35,538 nt of DNA from Hominimerdicola sp. Lineage in GTDB: Bacteria > Bacillota > Clostridia > Oscillospirales > Ruminococcaceae. Made by a program: the position numbers and the translations under genes. The notes under the pieces are model-generated. The model worked only from the letters and a program-made list of their open reading frames with translations, made no database searches and was not told the origin of the DNA. Location: contig JBJERA010000167.1 of assembly GCA_051882035.1 (NCBI GenBank), positions 1 to 35,538 of the forward strand. The letters are read 5' to 3'. Below are positions 34,426-35,538 of the stretch, one piece after another; the first letter of the stretch is position 1, and each line of letters begins with the position of its first letter.

Positions 34426-35282
34426 GCATTATTAAAATTGAGGGCGTAGTAAAAAATTACGGCAAGAAAACCGCTTTGCAGGGTGTTTCAACCGAGTTTG
34501 CCACCGGAAGAATTTACGGATTGCTTGGGCGAAACGGTGCAGGAAAATCCACACTTATTAACATAATAAGCAACCGAGTTACAGAAAACGTCGGAAAAAT
34601 AACGCTTGACGGAAAGCCGATTAAAGAAAATGACGAATTACTTGGAAAAATTTATGCTATGTCTGAGGCAGTCACAATGCCGTCAGGCTTGAGATTTGCT
34701 CAGGCTATGAAGATTACAAAGGATTTTTATCCTGACTTTGACATGAAATACGCCCAAACTCTTGCGGATAAGTTTGGGCTTGACGTAAAAAAGCGTCTTG
34801 CAAGCCTTTCAACAGGCTATCTGACTATTTCAAAGATAATTCTTGCCCTGAGCAGCGGTGCTGAATTTATTTTTCTTGACGAGCCGATTTTAGGACTTGA
34901 CGCAAATCATCGAGAGCTTTTCTATGCTTTAATGGTTGAACGTTTTTCTGAAACTGACTGCTGTATGGTAGTTTCAACTCATCTAATTGACGAATGTGCA
35001 AACCTCTTTGAACACGTTGTGATAATTGATGAGGGAAAAATCATTGCTGATGATGAGGCTGAAAGCTTTTTGAATGACGGCTATTCTGTAACTGGTTCAG
35101 CGAAACTTGTTGACCTTTATTGCGAGGACAAAGAGATAATCGCTCATAACACTATCGGAACAATCAAATCGGCATACATTAAAGGAAACTGCGGAAATAT
35201 ACCCAAAGGTCTTGAAGTTTCAAAACCAACCTTACAGCAGGTATTCATAAATCTCACCGGCGGACAGGAGGGAACAAAATGA
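34422..35282 (+). CDS. ABC-2-type transporter ATP-binding protein
   Basis: GRNGAGKST, LSTG, FLDEP, VSTH. Confidence 0.92.
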   Translation: MSIIKIEGVVKNYGKKTALQGVSTEFATGRIYGLLGRNGAGKSTLINIISNRVTENVGKITLDGKPIKENDELLGKIYAMSEAVTMPSGLRFAQAMKITKDFYPDFDMKYAQTLADKFGLDVKKRLASLSTGYLTISKIILALSSGAEFIFLDEPILGLDANHRELFYALMVERFSETDCCMVVSTHLIDECANLFEHVVIIDEGKIIADDEAESFLNDGYSVTGSAKLVDLYCEDKEIIAHNTIGTIKSAYIKGNCGNIPKGLEVSKPTLQQVFINLTGGQEGTK

Positions 35283-35527
35283 GATTTAAGGCTTTAATGA
35301 AAAACTCATTAAGATATATTTTTCTTGTTCCAATGTTTTTTGTGGTAGCTTTATGTATTTTAATCAGATTATACAATATTTCATATATCGAAAATAGTAT
35401 CAGTTCTGAATATATGTATTTTTATTTTGATTATGACTGGATACCAAAGATATATTATATAATAATGTGTGCATTAGGTATATTTATAGCAATCCACGAA
35501 ATTACCCAAACACGCCAGCGGATGTGA
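35279..35527 (+). CDS. Probable ABC permease, apparently truncated
   Basis: ATGA overlap with ATPase; two hydrophobic segments; stops at 82 aa just before the window end. Confidence 0.5.
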   Translation: MRFKALMKNSLRYIFLVPMFFVVALCILIRLYNISYIENSISSEYMYFYFDYDWIPKIYYIIMCALGIFIAIHEITQTRQRM

Positions 35528-35538
35528 ACCATCCTTGG

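Noticed and set aside
1-35538. tRNA, rRNA, prophage, intact transposase or anti-phage defence genes
   Set aside because: None recognised; all long ORFs are accounted for by other families.

Overview
AT-rich, mostly housekeeping and accessory chromosomal segment from a Clostridia-type Firmicute (Ruminococcus/Oscillospiraceae-like, judged only from gene content and promoter style). In order: feoA-feoB plus an unannotated Cys-rich mini-protein; a putative Mn transporter divergent from an MntR/DtxR regulator; a lipoprotein; an APH-fold protein with both catalytic Asp replaced by Asn, divergent from adhE; azlCD, an EamA gene, and mntP behind a yybP-ykoY riboswitch; thiW-thiM-thiE without a TPP riboswitch; a CLC(F)-like antiporter; Ile T-box-ilvA-ridA; a padR-DUF1700-DUF4097-pspC operon; gap; cysK; a VTC/DUF4956/Cthe_2159-like triad; pheA-ispF; an uncharacterised ribbon-helix-helix gene with clpB; a degenerate GGDEF sensor with an orphan solute-binding lipoprotein; and a ytrAB-like operon. 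Intergenic DNA holds at least three families of small non-autonomous repeats (MITE-like and GTAG-REP). Best candidates for undescribed systems: (1) the RHH-clpB operon, whose promoter carries an ATTATATAAT palindrome array phased every 21 bp; (2) the VTC-DUF4956-beta-helix lipoprotein triad, a possible bacterial polyphosphate synthesis/export module; (3) the adhE-linked pseudokinase. All family assignments come from motif recognition by eye; no database searches were run.
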